Below are positions 62,927 through 64,000 of a stretch of 64,000 bases of DNA, in pieces; within the stretch, counting starts at the first letter, position 1; each line of letters opens with the position of its first letter. Below the pieces are notes generated by a model. That model saw nothing but the letters and a program-made list of their open reading frames with translations, searched no databases and was not told the origin of the DNA. The position numbers and the translations under genes are program-made. The DNA is taken from the NCBI GenBank assembly GCA_019695115.1, contig JAIBAP010000013.1, positions 36,179-100,178 of the forward strand, written 5' to 3'. This DNA is from Caldilineales bacterium (GTDB lineage: Bacteria > Chloroflexota > Anaerolineae > J102).

Positions 62927-63961
62927 ATGAAAACCTCCACCCTCCTCTCCGTCCTCTTGATCTTCGCCTTCCTCGTTGCCGGCTGCACGCCGCCGACCCC
63001 GGCGACGCCAACGGGCGAGAATGCGCCAATGGCAAAACCAACGGCCTTCAAGCCTGCTTATGTCAAACTCAGTCTGGGCTATATCCCCAGCGTCCAGTTT
63101 GCTCCCTTCTACGTCGCCATCGACCAGGGTTATTTTGCCGCTGAGGACATCACCATCGAGCTTGAGAACGGCATCGAGACTGATTTTCTCAAACTCTTGG
63201 GCGCCAACGAACGCCAGTTCATCGTCGCCAGCGGAGACCAGGTCATCCTCGGCCGCAGCCGGGGTCTGCCCATCACCTATGTCGCCGCCTGGTATCGCCA
63301 ATTCCCGGTTGTCGTCTTTGCCCAGGCCGAGAAGAACCTGAACCGGCCGGCTGACCTGGTAGGCAAAAAGGTGGGGATTCCCGGTCTGTTCGGGGCCAGC
63401 TACGTGGCCTGGAAGGCGCTGGTGGCGGCCGCCGATCTGCCCGAGGAGCAGATCACGCTCGAAAGCATCGGCTTCACCCAGGGGACGGCCGTGAGCGATG
63501 GACTGGTGGACGCCGCCCTGGATTACAGCGTCAATGGGCCGGTGCAGTTGCGGCTGGCCGGCGACGAAGTGAGCGAAATCGTGGTCGATGACTACGCCCG
63601 CATCCCTTCCAACGGCCTGCTGACCAACGAGGCCACTCTCGAACAGCAGCCCGAGTTGGTGGAGCGCATGGTCAGGGCGATGCTGCGCGGGGTCCAGTAC
63701 ACACTCGATCATCCTGACGAAGCCTTCGACACCGCCGTGCGCTTCGTGCCCGAGGCCGCCCAGCAATTGGAGACCAACCGCGCCATCTTCGATGCTTCGT
63801 TGGCGCTCTGGCAGCCGGCTGCGGGCGAACGGTTGGGCTTCACCGACCCCGCCATCTGGCCGGCGACGGCCGAGATGATGGCCCAGGCCGGGCTGGTGGA
63901 TAAAGTCGTCGCTACGGATGGCATCTGGACGAACCAGTTCGTCGAGGCCGCCGCACCGTGA
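62927..63961 (+). CDS. ABC transporter substrate-binding lipoprotein (NMT1/THI5 / SsuA-TauA-like)
   Basis: Lipobox LVAGC in MKTSTLLSVLLIFAFLVAGC. Body resembles NMT1/SsuA-type SBPs (IPSVQFAPFYVAIDQGYF). Confidence 0.8.
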   Translation: MKTSTLLSVLLIFAFLVAGCTPPTPATPTGENAPMAKPTAFKPAYVKLSLGYIPSVQFAPFYVAIDQGYFAAEDITIELENGIETDFLKLLGANERQFIVASGDQVILGRSRGLPITYVAAWYRQFPVVVFAQAEKNLNRPADLVGKKVGIPGLFGASYVAWKALVAAADLPEEQITLESIGFTQGTAVSDGLVDAALDYSVNGPVQLRLAGDEVSEIVVDDYARIPSNGLLTNEATLEQQPELVERMVRAMLRGVQYTLDHPDEAFDTAVRFVPEAAQQLETNRAIFDASLALWQPAAGERLGFTDPAIWPATAEMMAQAGLVDKVVATDGIWTNQFVEAAAP

Positions 63962-63969
63962 CCGGCGCC

Positions 63970-64000
63970 ATGCCTGCCCTGCTCGAGCTGCGCCGCGTCT
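63970..64000 (+). CDS. start of probable ABC transporter ATP-binding protein (3' end outside window)
   Basis: MPALLELRRV... immediately after the SBP stop, in the position expected for the ATPase gene. Only ~10 codons are visible. Confidence 0.35.
   Translation, partial: MPALLELRRV

Overview
No homology search or folding tool was run. All calls rest on motif recognition in the supplied translations and on reading the DNA directly. The window is a visibly GC-rich bacterial chromosomal segment. Its gene content and repeat style suggest a Chloroflexota-like organism, which is inference only. I support about 58 protein genes. They comprise a ribose-utilisation remnant (ABC ATPase, rbsK, rbsD), a minus-strand operon of two multiheme cytochromes plus a split YeeE/YedE sulfur-transporter pair with an HTH-PocR regulator upstream, housekeeping genes (secA, murE, rsmD, malQ, sugar-nucleotide and PGM genes, aminotransferases), an HNH / EndoQ-like-PHP::UvrD helicase / PD-(D/E)XK-like cassette, a complex I cluster holding only the seven membrane-arm genes (nuoA-H-J-K-x-L-M-N), an Opp/Dpp-type peptide ABC operon, and a NitT/TauT-type ABC operon behind a roughly 580-nt structured leader ending in an intrinsic terminator. 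No rRNA, tRNA, CRISPR array, transposase or integrase was recognised. Intergenic and intra-operonic DNA is unusually repeat-rich. It holds inverted arrays of CACG-core heptamers, a 49-bp x7 hairpin array, a 47-48-bp x5 array, a 21-bp x5 array and a 76-bp x3.5 structured repeat inside the nuo operon. The best candidate for something undescribed is the cytochrome/YeeE operon. Its last gene ends in a rhodanese-like domain that lacks the catalytic Cys (by hand alignment) but carries a SoxY-like GGGGCG C-terminal tail, predicted to sit on the same side of the membrane as the c-type cytochromes. Second is the nuclease-rich helicase cassette at 20.8-25.5 kb.
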